In this document: positions 26,352 to 40,449 of the stretch, piece by piece
Layout of the letters: the number at the start of each line of letters is the position of its first letter
Position numbering within the stretch: position 1 is the first letter of the stretch
Source of the DNA: Adineta vaga
Taxonomy: Eukaryota; Animalia; Rotifera
Reading direction: 5' to 3'
Length of the DNA: 64,000 bases
Assembly: GCA_021613535.1 (NCBI GenBank)
Contig: CP075495.1
Coordinates: 1,364,001 to 1,428,000, forward strand
The notes under the pieces: generated by a model
Told to the model about the DNA's origin: nothing
What the model saw: the letters and a program-made list of their open reading frames with translations, nothing else
Database searches by the model: none
Translations under genes and position numbers: made by a program

Positions 26352-26802
26352 CTACCTACTCAGATCAATCCGAAAAAGGACTAAAAATGAAATGTTTACA
26401 TAAGAATATATGAATGGTAATAATTTATTAACTTACCGACGACGATGGTGATTGCAAAAAAGCCGTAAAGGAATAATGTTGATGATGTTGATGATGAAGA
26501 CTGATCTGAAAGTGCATCATACCACACCTCATCATCAACCTCACCCAAACCAATAGCACCATCAACATCACGCAAACCAACACCAACATCAACACTAACA
26601 ATACCTGCAAGGTCTTCAAAAACTAAATCCAGATCATCCCAGACGAATATATCGACGACCTGAAATACATCCAGATTATACGCTTATAAATAAAATATTC
26701 TATCAGAAAGAAACTAAAGGTTTCCATCTGAAGTTTTAACAAATATATTCTTTTATTTACGCGATCACGGTCAAATCGATGGAAACAAATGCCATTCGGC
26801 AT
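26352..26802 (-). CDS. Putative ~97-aa acidic tail-anchored protein (exons 26802-26761, 26659-26437, 26380-26352)
   Basis: Two canonical GT-AG introns keep one frame open: ...EVDDEVWYDALSDQSSSSTSSTLFLYGFFAITIVVVLFRIDLSR*. Confidence 0.5.
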
Positions 26803-27380
26803 TACGAAAACAGTGTTTCTATTCGCAAATATTATTCACAAACAAACTCTATCCACAATGTATATATGTATATATAGGATGAACAAAGAATAATCATAAA
26901 GAACAAATATAAAGAACGTTTGTGAATAAGAAGTCCTATCTGAATCACGATTTAAAGATTTATCACTTACTTATAATTATTCTCTTAACTAAACCCTCTC
27001 GCGCTGTTCATCAATACTTCCCAATCAATTCCCTGAAAGATAATACATTTTATTCTTTAATTTCAATAACGTACATTAACGATATCTAGATCGTCTTTTT
27101 GCAGTATTATTCATACGAAGAAAAATAGACACAAACTGTCTAGCTAAGTTGATGCTCTAACTTGCTATAATATCCACTTTTCCAAAATGGGCTATGGATA
27201 AAGTTTAAGGCGAGTCATTCTCCACATCCGTGAAAATATCATCATAACAAAATACGAGTTCTTCGAAACACTAACATGAACAAAAAGTAAAATGAAACAT
27301 AGTCAGAGAGTTTAATCATTTATTGATTAACAAACAAAACAAACAACAATATACACAAATACATATACATAAACAAAACA

Positions 27381-29474
27381 TTACATGCAAATCTCTATAG
27401 CTTTACCATCGTTCTTCACTTCGATTTTCTTTGAGTCAATCATTAGATTGGGAAATGTTTCATAACGTTTCATGAATATATATTCACGTGAAAATGGATC
27501 ATCAAGTAATGTATTTCGCTCATAATATACTTTAATATGAGATACACATTTCAATTGAGTAAGAAATTCATTAATCATAAATACACAATTATCAAATGAA
27601 TAGACTTGTAACTCAATTTCTTCAATGGATGGAAAACGTTTAATAATCTTTGCAGTTAAATTTGATAGAAAATGAACTTTCTTTGTGATAGATTCGATTG
27701 ATTTAATTCGTTTGAAAGTTTCAAATAAAGACGAATTATCAATGAAAGATGACGAAATTAAAAGCGGTGTATTAACAACGAGTTTAGTTATCTTAAAACA
27801 TCTCCTGAAACAAAATAAACATAATGTTTTCTTTTATTCTATTAGGATTCACCATATTTACTGTACAGTGAATTCAACGTGCTTCCATCGAGATACATTG
27901 ACTGTGGATCCAAACTCTATTTCAGTTAATTTTGATAAATGAATAAAATGTGAAATATCAATTATAGAACTTTGTATATCGATGAAATCATTCATGTTTT
28001 GCGCGAAACGAACTAAAATAGAATCAAACTATGAGTTTCTCATTCAAACAGATAATCTTACCAATATTATATAGATTTTTCATCCATGTTTGTTCGACGG
28101 GCATTTCTATCAGAAAATAATCGACATTCTTGAACAAACAAGATGGCCAAGTGATGTTTCGTTTTTCATTTGTTAAATATATTTGGAAATCTTTAGCATC
28201 AGGATAAAACGAAGAATGATGATCTATATGTTTCGTTGATGCTGTTTCAAATGCACCTAGTTGAATCATGGGACAACCAATCTTATCAGCTTCAATAAAT
28301 TTGTGATGGTTCATTGTACGTAATATAACTATTTCACCTTCAAACGGAGTATTAACTTTCCATCGATCAATGTTCAAATGCCAATTCGAATAATTTTTAA
28401 CAAAATATTCATAAGATTTAACAACCTGTTTTAACTTAAAATCTGGTAACTTTTTCATTTGAATAGAAATGTAAAATTCGAATCTGGATAAACGCGAAAA
28501 ATTTCGCTCAAACATGTTTTTCCAGGCATATCCATTGATGAAGTCTCTTGGAAATTTTAGTCATATTGTTTTAAAATTATAGTAAATAACAAACCACATA
28601 AGATTAGGCATACAACGTAAAAGAAGATCAACGAATTTTATCCAATATAAACCATTCATTACTAGTATCAAAGATTTAGCATCTGTCAATATAGGTAGAT
28701 TATTTTGATCAACTGATGAAGTATGCAAAACGCTAGCAAATAAGAAACATTCATTAATGATTATTTCATATATGAACACTTACGTCTTCAGATTCGCTTC
28801 ATATTCGTCTGTAAGTTCCACTACTAATTGTATGTATTTTAACTTTTGACATATACGGAAGATACTTAAAATTGACAGAAAACATGAAGTTGGACTTACG
28901 CCAACAATTCGTATTCCAATCGATACAAGATTTAAATCAACTGGAATGTCAACTTCTAAATTCAAATACATGTATGGAAAATAAATTTCGACAGAGCGTA
29001 ATGATGTTGACTGATGATTTAATATTATTGAAATCAATTCAGATTTAAATCTTCATAATATTGATTAAATAAATCAAAGTGGATAAGTTTATTGTAAGTC
29101 TTAATCTTTCCAAGAAGTTGATCAAGTTTAGTATCTGAATGAACTGATCGTAACAAACACGATCGAAGGTTGATAAAATTGTGTCGTTTGAAGATTAAAC
29201 TAATAATGGATGAGTTATCACGAATCGTATCAAAGATTGCTATTGAGATAACTTGATGTTCATGAAAAATAAGATGAGAAGAAAGATAATCAACTTGAGA
29301 ACGAAAATTATTCTTCGAAATATAAATATGAAGTAGAATAATTGATTGTAGAATGGATGAAATTCGATGATTTAATGAAGTAAAACTTGTGAAAATTTCA
29401 AATGCATCGAAATAATCAAATATTTCAAAGAATAGATCAGTGGATAGATCTTCAAACTGTGTATATCGATTCAT
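27381..29474 (-). pseudogene. F-box/LRR-like gene, disrupted
   Basis: F-box-like start MNRYTQFEDLSTDLFFEIFDYF; frame change without an intron near 29035; in-frame TGA at 28563-28561 between continuous coding segments. Confidence 0.7.
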
Positions 29475-29791
29475 AAAGGAAATCTTGGCTATATGAAATA
29501 GTCGAGTAGCTAAAGAAGAATCTATATATAATGTTCGCTGTAGGTCTAATTTTTCAAGGTCAAAGGTCAAATATTTCCGAAACAATAAAGTATAGGTGTG
29601 TAATACTGTTTGACTACAACTGCATGTAGAAAAGAATGAGGGAGGTAAACTTAACATATGTATTTAAGAATTAGAGACATTGAATCATTTTAATATTATA
29701 TTTAAGAGTAATATTGAATTAAACAAATATAGAAAATTTGAAAAGTATTGTTCTATCGATTATATGAAATATCTGTCAAATAAATGTTATT

Positions 29792-32154
29792 TTATGGATC
29801 ACATATCGATTTATTAATTCGAAAATCTCTTGGATCTCTACAATTTTCTAATATATAACAAAATATAGGTAATATAGAATGACATTGTAATCGATTGTAA
29901 TACTTTGGACATGTTGTTAGGAAACGAACTATGTTTTCTTTCTTTTCTTTCTCTTATCATTCTAATGTGACGTCATTGACATATATGTTTCTTTCGTTCT
30001 TGGTATATTTCTATATGGATCATCTATCCAAGTGATCTGGACATGGACCATCTCAGGTGGAACATTTCCATAGACTCATGGGTTTTTTCCTTTTCTGACT
30101 GTATAAAAGCACGATGTTTCCGCAAAAAAAGTAGCGTGGCAAGCGACCAGCGAGCATTCTAAGTCATGTTACAGTTTAAATTAAACCTTCTTGTTTATCA
30201 GCCCATGGAACTATATCACGATCATGAAACAGATTAAAAATCCTTAAATTTAATGATTCTGTTGTCACATGTTTCGATTCCTCATATTTCGTATGAGAAA
30301 AAGTTACACCTGGTCCAGATATTGATACGATTAAATCTGTTTTATTTAAACCAATACCAGCTAATTTAGCTAAACCACCTCCCAGACTATGACCCACAAG
30401 TACTAATGAACGATTCTGACCATATTCTCTATTGATTTCTTCTAAAATATTCACCATTTGTTTAACATAAAATCTTTTCGTTAGATTTGAATGTTCTCTT
30501 TCATGTATTGATGTTTCTAACATTGACATATATTGAATAATAAGTTTATTTAAAGAATGTGGAAATAAAACAGACATAATTTGATTTATAACTGGTCCAG
30601 ACCCATATATCAGAATCAATTAACCATTCATAACTAAGATGTGTACCACGAATGCCAACTAAAACAACATCTGCTGTGACAATTGTATCATATGATATTT
30701 CACCATGAACATCGATTTTATAATTATGAAATTGATCAAGAAATTTCACTTCAAAATTTGATTGATTATAAAACATTTCAAGTTCTTTTTTTAACAATAT
30801 CTCCTGGTAAATATACAAGTGATGCAAATAAAGTCATATCAACTATATTTAAATTCTTATAATTCCAATTGCATGCTTCCAATTAATGTTGTTTATCTAT
30901 TTCATTAAATAAATATATTCCTGATCGATTTCTATATTCATTCATTTCATTTTGTTTTGTCATTTCTTTTGGTAAATGTAATGTATTACTAAATGCAACA
31001 CCAAAAAATGCGATAAATATTAAAAAAAACAAAAGAGTGAAAATATACCATAAAATAGATGATATAAGCCTGTAAATCGAAGATCATCCATGTTGACAAT
31101 GACAGGATTGACTGCTGTTAATAGAAGACGAATTATAATCGTTATAAATAATTTATAAGGATGAAATTGTTTGTTTTGTTTGATCTTTTCTGATGAATTC
31201 TTACAAATCGATAATATAAGAAATCTATTTGTTAAACTTTTGATTAGTTTAATAATACTGTATTTATTAATATTAGACATGAAATTTTGATCTTGATTTT
31301 CTTCAATTGGAAATTTAAAAACCAACATTCGATATATTATACATAGTGTACCATAAACTATCAATTGTACTAATTGATTCCAGAAGGAATCAAAGAACCA
31401 GAATAAAACATATATTCTCATTAAACACAAGATCGGATCCATCTGTAAAATCTGATTTAGATTGTTTTCATCAACTATGGGTAGATTTTTATTTTTATGA
31501 TTATTATTATTGTCATTATAATTCTATTTCTGAAAAAACAGATTGAATGTTGGAAAATATGACCAACAAAAATAAGATATAATGATAATCTTCCACATGG
31601 TACAATAATAATATTCAAAGGATCATCCCATGGTTGAAAGATCGTTAAACATAGAAATGAAAGAAAAATAAATAGTCTACAACAATGGACTGTTCGATCG
31701 ATGAAAAATAGTAGAGCATATTTTTTGCTTCGTGGACGAGCTGGTTGTCTTTGTGGTATTTCGTCTTTTTGATAACAATGAAAAGCGATTTGGGTTAAAA
31801 ACCAAAAGAAATGCGCAGAAAAATGGAGAATACCTGGTGCCATGCCCACATTCCACTAATGATTTTAAAATTTTCTCCATTCGATGAATAAGAAAATGGT
31901 ATAAATATAATATATAAAATAAAGTTTACTGCAAATCCAAACCATAATATCGATGTTGTCAATAAAATAATACATGATAAAATTCGAGCTGTTTTTCATT
32001 TACAAAATAAATGATGAAAAAAATTTCGTATTGCGTTTTTTATAAATATTCCTATATATTTTTGTTGACACGATGTACAATATAAATTTTGTGTGCACAT
32101 ACATTGTGGAAGATTATTTACATCGTTATTTTCGTCAGGTATCTCTTCAGTCAT
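29792..32154 (-). pseudogene. Multi-TM class-3 lipase pseudogene interrupted by an insertion
   Basis: VGIRGT, VGHSLGG, SGPG and DRDIVPWAD lie in different frames with no introns. The Cys-rich C-terminus (TCPKYYNRLQCHSILPIFCYILENCRDPR...CDP*) resumes beyond a 259-bp insert. Confidence 0.78.
29915..30173. mobile_element. 259-bp insertion with TGT...ACA ends, possible solo LTR
   Basis: Splits the lipase C-terminus; starts TGTTAG, ends GTTACA, contains TATAAAA. No clean target-site duplication. Confidence 0.45.
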
Positions 32155-34041
32155 TATTATAATGAATAATGGATAGATCATATGATATAGTGACATAAAC
32201 TGTTGTTCCTTTTCTCTTTTCTCTCAATATACTATAGGAATATTCCATAGTTCTAGGTTCTTAAGTGATATCTTTTGGGTTCTTTTCCTTTCTTGTCTAT
32301 ATCTATACGGATGGTTTTTCTATTAGTGTTAGTTCATTATTATTCACATACTAAACTAGTTAAACCTAAACTCAAGACATGACAGGTCAAAACTGTTTTT
32401 ATATACTCGCAACAATGTAGAATCTTTCTTTGCATACAAAACAAACAGAAAGTAGAGGTGATATGAAAATGAATGTCTTTAAAGTGAGGTAAAAACCAGC
32501 GAACTTAATGATGAAATATCCAACTTGATATCAAACGAAATCTGAATTAGTTGGAAAAACATACATTCCTATCATTTGATATGCTCGCTTATGAGATTCA
32601 AAATTCTGCCATAATTACAATAAAATTGAATCTGTCAGATGCTTAAAAATCAACAATTATTATCGAAATTCTTAGATTCTATACGATATCTTGTAAATAA
32701 AGGATAGAGTTTCGTCAGAAATGACAGCAAAGACAAAAAAAATCAGATACAAATTCATCTAGATATATAGTTTAAAAGACATAGTTCTTCGAAATATTTA
32801 TTGGATTGAAAAACTAATTATGCTTTTGTTTGGTATAGATCATTAAGATATTCAATGCTATTTTCGTTAATTAATGATCCTCTCATACTAATAATGTAGT
32901 CATATAGTAATTAAAAAAACAAAAAAGAGCTTCAAGTAGGACAGGAGTATGAGAATACCGTATTCATAATCAAATCTTCGTATGTTGAGAGTCTGTGATA
33001 TAGTGACACATTATTTCCTTTCTTTCTTCTGATTTTGTGAGCCCAAACGTTCTCTCTATCTCTCTCTTATCGATTGAGGTCATAGGAACTATCTATTTTG
33101 ATCAAGATCTTTCATTCTTCTCTCTCTATAAGATACGACAGAATTAATATGCTTAGTATTCATTTTTTCTTTTTTGTTTATTTTTAGGTGAATACCTAAG
33201 GCTCCTAATGAAAAAACGATGTATTTCATTATCCAATAAAAAAGCATCTTAAAATATGTAGAGCATTCAATTTAAAAACACTCTCTTCATTAACGGTAAC
33301 AAATATTATTAAATCTTCTGACAAACAGCCGATTACAGAACCTGATTTTAATTATATGTCCCAAGATTTGTAAACATTGCTATATTCACATTCATGGAAT
33401 TCATTATATTTGCTGAGACGATCGATTTTATATGTATAGAGAAAATTTACAACCAATTTCAAAACAAAATAGTATTGACACGATACGAATACTAAACTCT
33501 ACATATCAGAATTTCGGAAATTAGAAAAATTTTTTTTATTATAATAAGCTAGACTATTACGTTGGAACTGATGTGAAAAGATCATTGTAAGGACGCATTA
33601 TTAATAGATAGTGTCATGCTAAAGATAAAAAGAAAGAAAACCAAAAAGCTAATCATATCAATCAGAAAAACATGCAGAAGAGGATGAAACATGAAAAAGA
33701 CTTCACATTCAAAAACTTGTTGAACTAAAAAGCAGCCGTCTTTTTGGCTACAAAAATTTGTTTTTATTTCATTTCTTCGACAGAATATTTAACAGATGGT
33801 TAAACGAAAGATACGAGATACTTATTGTTTTGACTTAGTCTATGAGTATTGAAATAAATCGTACGCAGTGAATTTCATCTGACCAGTGTAAATATAGAAG
33901 ATACATTCACTCGCACAGTATGAGAATAGCCAGAGAGAATCGATGATCGTTTTCATCTGTCATTAGCATTTTCTATACAAGACTCCATTCTATCTTTCTT
34001 AGTTTAACATTGCAGAAACGATACTAAAAGATCATTTTACT

Positions 34042-34935
34042 ATGGCGAATATCGAATCATGGTTTATTACTGCGGACATAGTCAAAGTTATGTGTAGTGT
34101 TTTTGTTGTTACCCTTGCTCTATTATTCTTATTGACCATTGCTTTCAGTAAAACTTGTCACACAGTTCCTATGTTACTTGTCACTAATTCTCTTTGTGCA
34201 GAACTCATTTTTGGCATCGTCATGCTTTCTATGGATATATTCACAATTCAAAATGATTATAAAAAGACATATTTCTACGATTCATTTTGTCTTTTTCAAG
34301 GTTATATGAGTTATATGTCAACAGGTATACAAAATTATTCCTATCTCCTTCAAGCAATCTATCGATATGTCTTGTCCGTTTATCCAACTCATTTGTATTA
34401 TCATTCAGCACGATTTCAATTAATTCTAATTTCTTTCACATGGATTTGTAGTATCATATATCCTATTTCTATAGTAATTACTAATCAAATCAAATATCAT
34501 CCTGATAATCAAATATGTCAAATGCCATTGAATCTTTCATTTATTACAATATTCAATATTTCATATCTATACTTGATTCCTATAGGAGCTATTATATTAA
34601 TATATTTTAAAATGATTCGATATGTAAGAGAAATTAGTAAACGTGTGTCAGTAGTAAATACTTTATTTCGTACACAACGAGAATTAAGAATGATTCAACG
34701 TATTGTTTCACTCGTATTCATTTTAGTTACACTTGGTTTACCTTATACAATTTTTATTGTATTATCATTTTTTAAACATGAACCTAAATATCATTTTCGT
34801 ATTACTTATATATTTGTTAATATCTCATTAGCATTTGTATTAATTGCTTTATTTCAAACTACGGAACCATTGAAAATATCTGTAATAAGAATATTAAAGA
34901 AACCAACGACTGAAGTACTTCCGCCAATGATATGA
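34042..34935 (+). CDS. Orphan rhodopsin-like 7TM GPCR, intronless
   Basis: 297 aa with seven hydrophobic helices, TM3 Cys (FCLFQGY), AIYRY in place of DRY, and a TM6 GLPY motif. Confidence 0.85.
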   Translation: MANIESWFITADIVKVMCSVFVVTLALLFLLTIAFSKTCHTVPMLLVTNSLCAELIFGIVMLSMDIFTIQNDYKKTYFYDSFCLFQGYMSYMSTGIQNYSYLLQAIYRYVLSVYPTHLYYHSARFQLILISFTWICSIIYPISIVITNQIKYHPDNQICQMPLNLSFITIFNISYLYLIPIGAIILIYFKMIRYVREISKRVSVVNTLFRTQRELRMIQRIVSLVFILVTLGLPYTIFIVLSFFKHEPKYHFRITYIFVNISLAFVLIALFQTTEPLKISVIRILKKPTTEVLPPMI

Positions 34936-35054
34936 ACGATTGAAATCAGAACACGACATATATTTCATGTTGTATTGTGCTTTCTTTTTCTCATTTTAAG
35001 ACATAAGAATAAACAAAAATTACTTTTAAAGTTACATAAAAAAATGTCGTGTTA

Positions 35055-37614
35055 TTATTGTTGTACGAGAGAAGCAATAGCCGAAGCAATTCCTGTCACA
35101 ATTGAAATAAAAATTTTAATAGCTAATGAATGATCAACAACAAATCCAAGTAATTTAACAGAATATTGATCACTAACAGATTCCATATGTTCAATAATAA
35201 TATCAAGATAATCATAATTAATATTATCTTTTTCATGAATAATATTTGATGTTGTTATATCTTTTTTTAGATTTCGTAAATGTCGAATAAAATCATAATT
35301 AATCGATTTATTTATTAAAACAACGACGATAATAAATAACATAATAAAAAATGATAAAATAACAATATCAATTAGACACCATATAGTTAATAAATCTGTA
35401 GAACGTCCATATACAAAAACTCGAATAATAGCTGTAAGAATTAGAATAATATCAATCAATAATACACATGTCATTGTTGTGATTAAAACATGATTTTTAT
35501 CAATATTTCGTATAATTTGTTGAAATAATTGAACAAAATATTCCAGATTTTCACTTCGACGTAAATTTAAATAAAATTCACATTCAAAATCGACTTGTTT
35601 CTTTAAATCCGTACTTGATAATAATATTCTAAGATCATATAATATACTAAGATAATTTGATATACTTTTAATCATTAAACTAATTATTGACGTATAAAAC
35701 ATAAATGAAAAGATAATATATGAATATTGAATTAATCGAATATCCCATGGAATATTTGTAAATATTATATTCAAATGAAAAATACGATAAAGAGTTGGAA
35801 TAAATGGATGAATGATAACTAATGGTAGAAAACTAATAAGTAGTAAAATAGAAACGATACAATAGAATAAATTTGAAGTTGGATTTTGAGAAGAATTAAT
35901 TAGAGATTCAGTTATCGATTTATGAAGTAATGTAGGATGAAAATCATTCATTTTTCTATCGATTATTTCATAGAAGTGACTTTTAGATTGATAATCAATG
36001 GAATATGTAGATAATTTTGTATTATTTGGTGTTGATTTGATTTCTAGAAGTTGTAAATGAGCTGTATGATATGTATTTTTAAGAAGATTTCGATTGAAAA
36101 ATGTTCTTCGATGAAATGATGATGTTTGATAAACATGAAGAATAATTAATATTGAAATAATTAATAATAATGGCCAATAGATTTCCATTTGATTCACATC
36201 TATTGATGAAATATTATGAGAATAATAGATAATTACATTAAATATTGATAGAATAAGAATAATTGAACAGAAATTAACGATAAGATCGAAGCTGATTTCT
36301 TTATCTATGAATTTGTTTTTTCGAATTTTTCCGTAGATTTGATTTAAACATTGAAAAATAGTTCCAATGATAAGAATTGGAGAGAATAGAATTTTTCCTA
36401 GATAAGTCAATGTATTTTGACATAAAATCGTTGCTGTTTGAATCTCTGTTTGTTTTGGATTGATTACAATTGAAATATTCAATGTTTTATCAAGACATTC
36501 TAAAAATTTAGGCATAAAATCATTAAGATTATTTTGAATAATTTCATCCGAATCATTCTGATTGATTAATAAAGGTAATTGAGTTGTACGTACATATTCG
36601 AAAAGAATATCACCAAATAGAAGTATACTTTGATAATAATTTAAATTCTGTTCGTTTGATAGAGGAATAATAAGATCGTAATAATTTAAATGTGACCAAT
36701 TATTATTTGTCATTTGTTGATTGAATAATTCAATAAGTGTTAATAGAGCTATTTCTAATTCACGAATTTCAAATGAAAATGATTTATTTTGATCACAATA
36801 ATTGAAAAAACGTTCCAAATTCGATAGATTTCGTTGAGTAAATAAAATGGAATAGATACTAATACGTATTAAAAGTTCATAAACTTGTAAATGAATGATT
36901 GATGATGAGATTTCATTCAATTCTCTTTCAAATGGATGATTAATTAGAGTTAAAATTGGATATTTCGTTTCTTGAAATATTTCATCATTAGTTATTTGAT
37001 ATCCATGATAAACAAAGAGAAATTCATCAAGAGAATCTTGTTTTAATGTCATTCTTACGATATTTTTCATTGTCTCAAATGTTAATTGATTTCTATCATC
37101 TTTCAAAGGTATAATTTGACTAATATGTTTATTAGTAACTTTATACATATGAATAAATAATGAATTTTGGAAGTGTTCAGGATAACAGATAGATTGAATT
37201 GCATTATGGAAGGTTTAATGAGGAATTTATATCATTATTTTCTGTATAAACATAATTTCGATTGGAAATTCGTTGAGATAATTTTTGAAAAACAGTTGAT
37301 TGTTTTGTTTGAATATTTGTATTTGTATTTTGAAATATATAAATCATTATCGAATGAGACTCATTGAATAAAGAAGAAATTGATTCATTTGAAGTTAAAT
37401 CAATTATTTGTTTATTATCAATTAAACTTATAGGTAATAATTGTCTTCCAATAGTCTCTTCTTTTTCTTGAATACAATGAAAAAGTTCTTTGAAAGAACA
37501 ACAATCATCAGATATATTAATCGATGATTCTAATTTCGATAATGATTGAATTTCCATTGAAAATGGAACAAAAATTGGAATGATTGAATAATAAACTTGC
37601 ATTTGATTTCTCAT
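35055..37614 (-). CDS. Large multi-pass membrane protein with a 7TM-ion-channel/GRL/PHTF-like C-terminus; one apparent frameshift near 37215
   Basis: 697-aa ORF with about 7 TM helices ending VKLLGFVVDHSLAIKIFISIVTGIASAIASLVQQ*. The upstream 136-aa ORF overlaps its open frame with no usable intron. Confidence 0.6.
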
Positions 37615-37823
37615 GTGTTGTAAATATACTCTTATCAGTATCGACGTTATATATAAAAAGATTTCAATGTATATTTCTTATCAACAAATGTTTTATATGT
37701 TGCTAATGACAATGTATAGATTAGAATGTCGATGATTTTGAGAGAGAATAAGAGTGAATGTGATCAATACTTTCGGTTATTTAGTTTTATGAAAATAAAA
37801 CAAAAAACTTATAGATATTCTTT

Positions 37824-39663
37824 TTAACGAATCCATAAACAGATATCTTTTGATGATTTTGTATCTTTAGCAAAAGTACATGTTGATGGTAGACGAGGTT
37901 GTAACCATTTAATTAATTCATCATTATTAGTTTTACGATCTCGACAACGAACATTTAATGTTTTTAATTGTTTCATTTTGTTAATTAAATCAATAATATT
38001 TGTTCGTTTATCTACTTCAATTAAAAGATGTTCACATTGTTTGCCTAATGATGATTGAATTAATGTTGAACATTGTTGTTCAGTATAAAATTGATGATCA
38101 CCCGAATGACTCCAACCTTGTAAATCAAGATATCGAACAGATGAACTTCGATTGTCAAATGGAGCCATTTTTATATTGATATTCTACAAAAGACATCGTC
38201 TTGTATCGGATATATATCAATAAGATTCGATTTACTTTTTTATTCTTTTTATCAGATGTTGATATTGATGCTAACCATGAATGAAATTTAAGATAATAAA
38301 GACGTGGTGCTTGATCAAGAATAGATTGTAATTGAAGTCGATCATTTCCATCATAAGTTCGTGTATTCATTTGAATTTCAAGATAGATTAAATTATTTAA
38401 TCGAGGTATTAGATTATGAAATTGATCATCATATGGAAATGTTAATATCAGATGTTGAAGATTTGAAAATTGTATTTGAGATATATCTATATCTTCTAAG
38501 AAATTACAATCATATTCAAGTTTATGAACATGATTATATATTGAATAATCTTCATCTTTTGGACAAGTTGATTTAAATAGAAAATTCTCATTTGTTCCAA
38601 GATGAAAACTTTGAAATCTATATGGTAATGTATGTAAATGAATATAAGTATACTCTTCTTTAACAAAACCAAAACATCGAACAAACCATTGATGTTGTTC
38701 AATCCAAAATGGAGTTCGATATGTATTAATAATTTTATCAATTTCTTCTTCGATCGTATCATCATTTTCTTCTAATGTATAATTCATTTTGAAATTAAAG
38801 GTTTGTAATTGTGTTAGATATTTACTAATAAGTTCTTGCCATTCTTGTCCATCAATTTCAATTGATATCGATTCAATTGTTAAATGAATTAAATTTGGTG
38901 TTTTTCGTAAAAGTACTTGAATCATTTGAAACGAAGTATCACATTTTAATTTTAATGTTGTTAATGTATGAAATAATGGTAATTGAGGATATTCATCAGA
39001 TGAATCACATAATTTAATTGATAAATATTCAACATAAGGTGCATGTCCATATAAATGAAATAGATAATCTAAATCACATCGAAAACCATCGATTGATAGA
39101 TGTTTCAATGAACATGAAATAAATGCCGGTAAAATTAAAGGACAATCATCATCTGATATGATATCTAAATAACAATGTGTTAGATTAGGTAAACGCCATA
39201 CTTGATCTATGATATTGAAAAGAGTTTTAGGATGATTTGGAATGTAACATTGTTGAAAATTTAAATGTGTTAATTGAGAAATATTTTGTAAATCATTTAG
39301 AATTCGAAGAATCTTTTCCGATGAATAAATATTATATAAAGTTATAGATTGTAAATTAACAAATCGATGTAGAGGATATAAACGTGATATGAATGTATCA
39401 ATGGCATGTGGTGTTGTATTATCATTAGAAAGTGATATAGATGTAATATTGTCAATAAATAAAGGAAGATATCGTCGACGAATAAGATTTAAATCTTGTT
39501 TAGAAATCGAACGAAAATCAAATGATTTCTTTTGTTGAAAAAATTCGATTAATAATTGATTAAAACGAATATTTAAACCATTAAATGAATGAAATAAATC
39601 CACGGATGAAAAATATTCAAATAAATCAAATAATAATTCATTTGCTAAGTTTTCTAACGACAT
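37824..39663 (-). CDS. F-box-like plus LRR-like protein (lineage-expanded family), two exons
   Basis: MSLENLANELLFDLFEYF...LNIRFNQLL start, YRTPFWIEQHQWFV..LHTLPY motif and a C-terminal CLWIR*. Intron at about 38184-38235. Confidence 0.82.
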
Positions 39664-40449
39664 ATTTTTACTACGAACGATAAAATCTTCTGATCTAGTA
39701 ATATGATATAGAAATAGAAAAGAGAAAGAAAAGAAATTTGTAATTTCGTCATTCACGTTCTTTATTTCTCCAATGATGTCGAAGTTTCGTAATAACGTCT
39801 TGTTTTTTTTGAAGAAATTTGTATTTCATAAATACTCTCACCTTATAATAGATGATTATTTTAAAGAATTAACATATGTTTGATAAGAATGCGTAGTAAG
39901 TATAGTAGAGAGTGACAAAAAACATGCACAGAATATGATAACAGCAAAAGTTAATACAACAAAACTGTAGAGGTAAAGAATTAGATTATTATCTAAAAGA
40001 TTCATTTTGAACTGTGTATCTTCTTTCTTTTTCTTCTTCATCTTATATACTAATGAAAATTTCATTTTAAATATACAATAAGTAGACATGTCATAAGTGA
40101 GACGAAAGAATTAACTAACATGCAAGTTTTTGGAAAAAGACAGATGTTATTATTTATTATCCAAGTTATTTAGTTGAAAAAATAAAAAATATTCAATATG
40201 AAAATACTTTTCTATTAGCATACAATCATGCAAGGTCTGGATATATAAGAAATACATGTAAAAGAAATGCGCCGTCTCTATAGAAAATACTTTTTTTTTG
40301 CGTTCTTATCATTCAACATACTATTTCTTTCTCTCCTCGTCATGTTTATGTCCTCAAATGGGTCAAAGAATGGCGTCATTTATTTTTCTTCTTTCTTTCT
40401 CCAGAAGGCGAAAAACAACGATCGAAGTACATAAAATAAATATCTCAAC

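Noticed and set aside
26428-26619. 63-aa hydrophobic ORF from the track
   Set aside because: No ATG start; it is an alternative frame of the exon better explained by the spliced three-exon model.
28561-28563. In-frame TGA as selenocysteine or readthrough
   Set aside because: The same gene also has a frameshift and no redox motif context; decay is the simpler explanation.
39856-40089. 77-aa hydrophobic ORF
   Set aside because: Low-complexity AT-rich intergenic sequence between divergent genes, with no supporting features.
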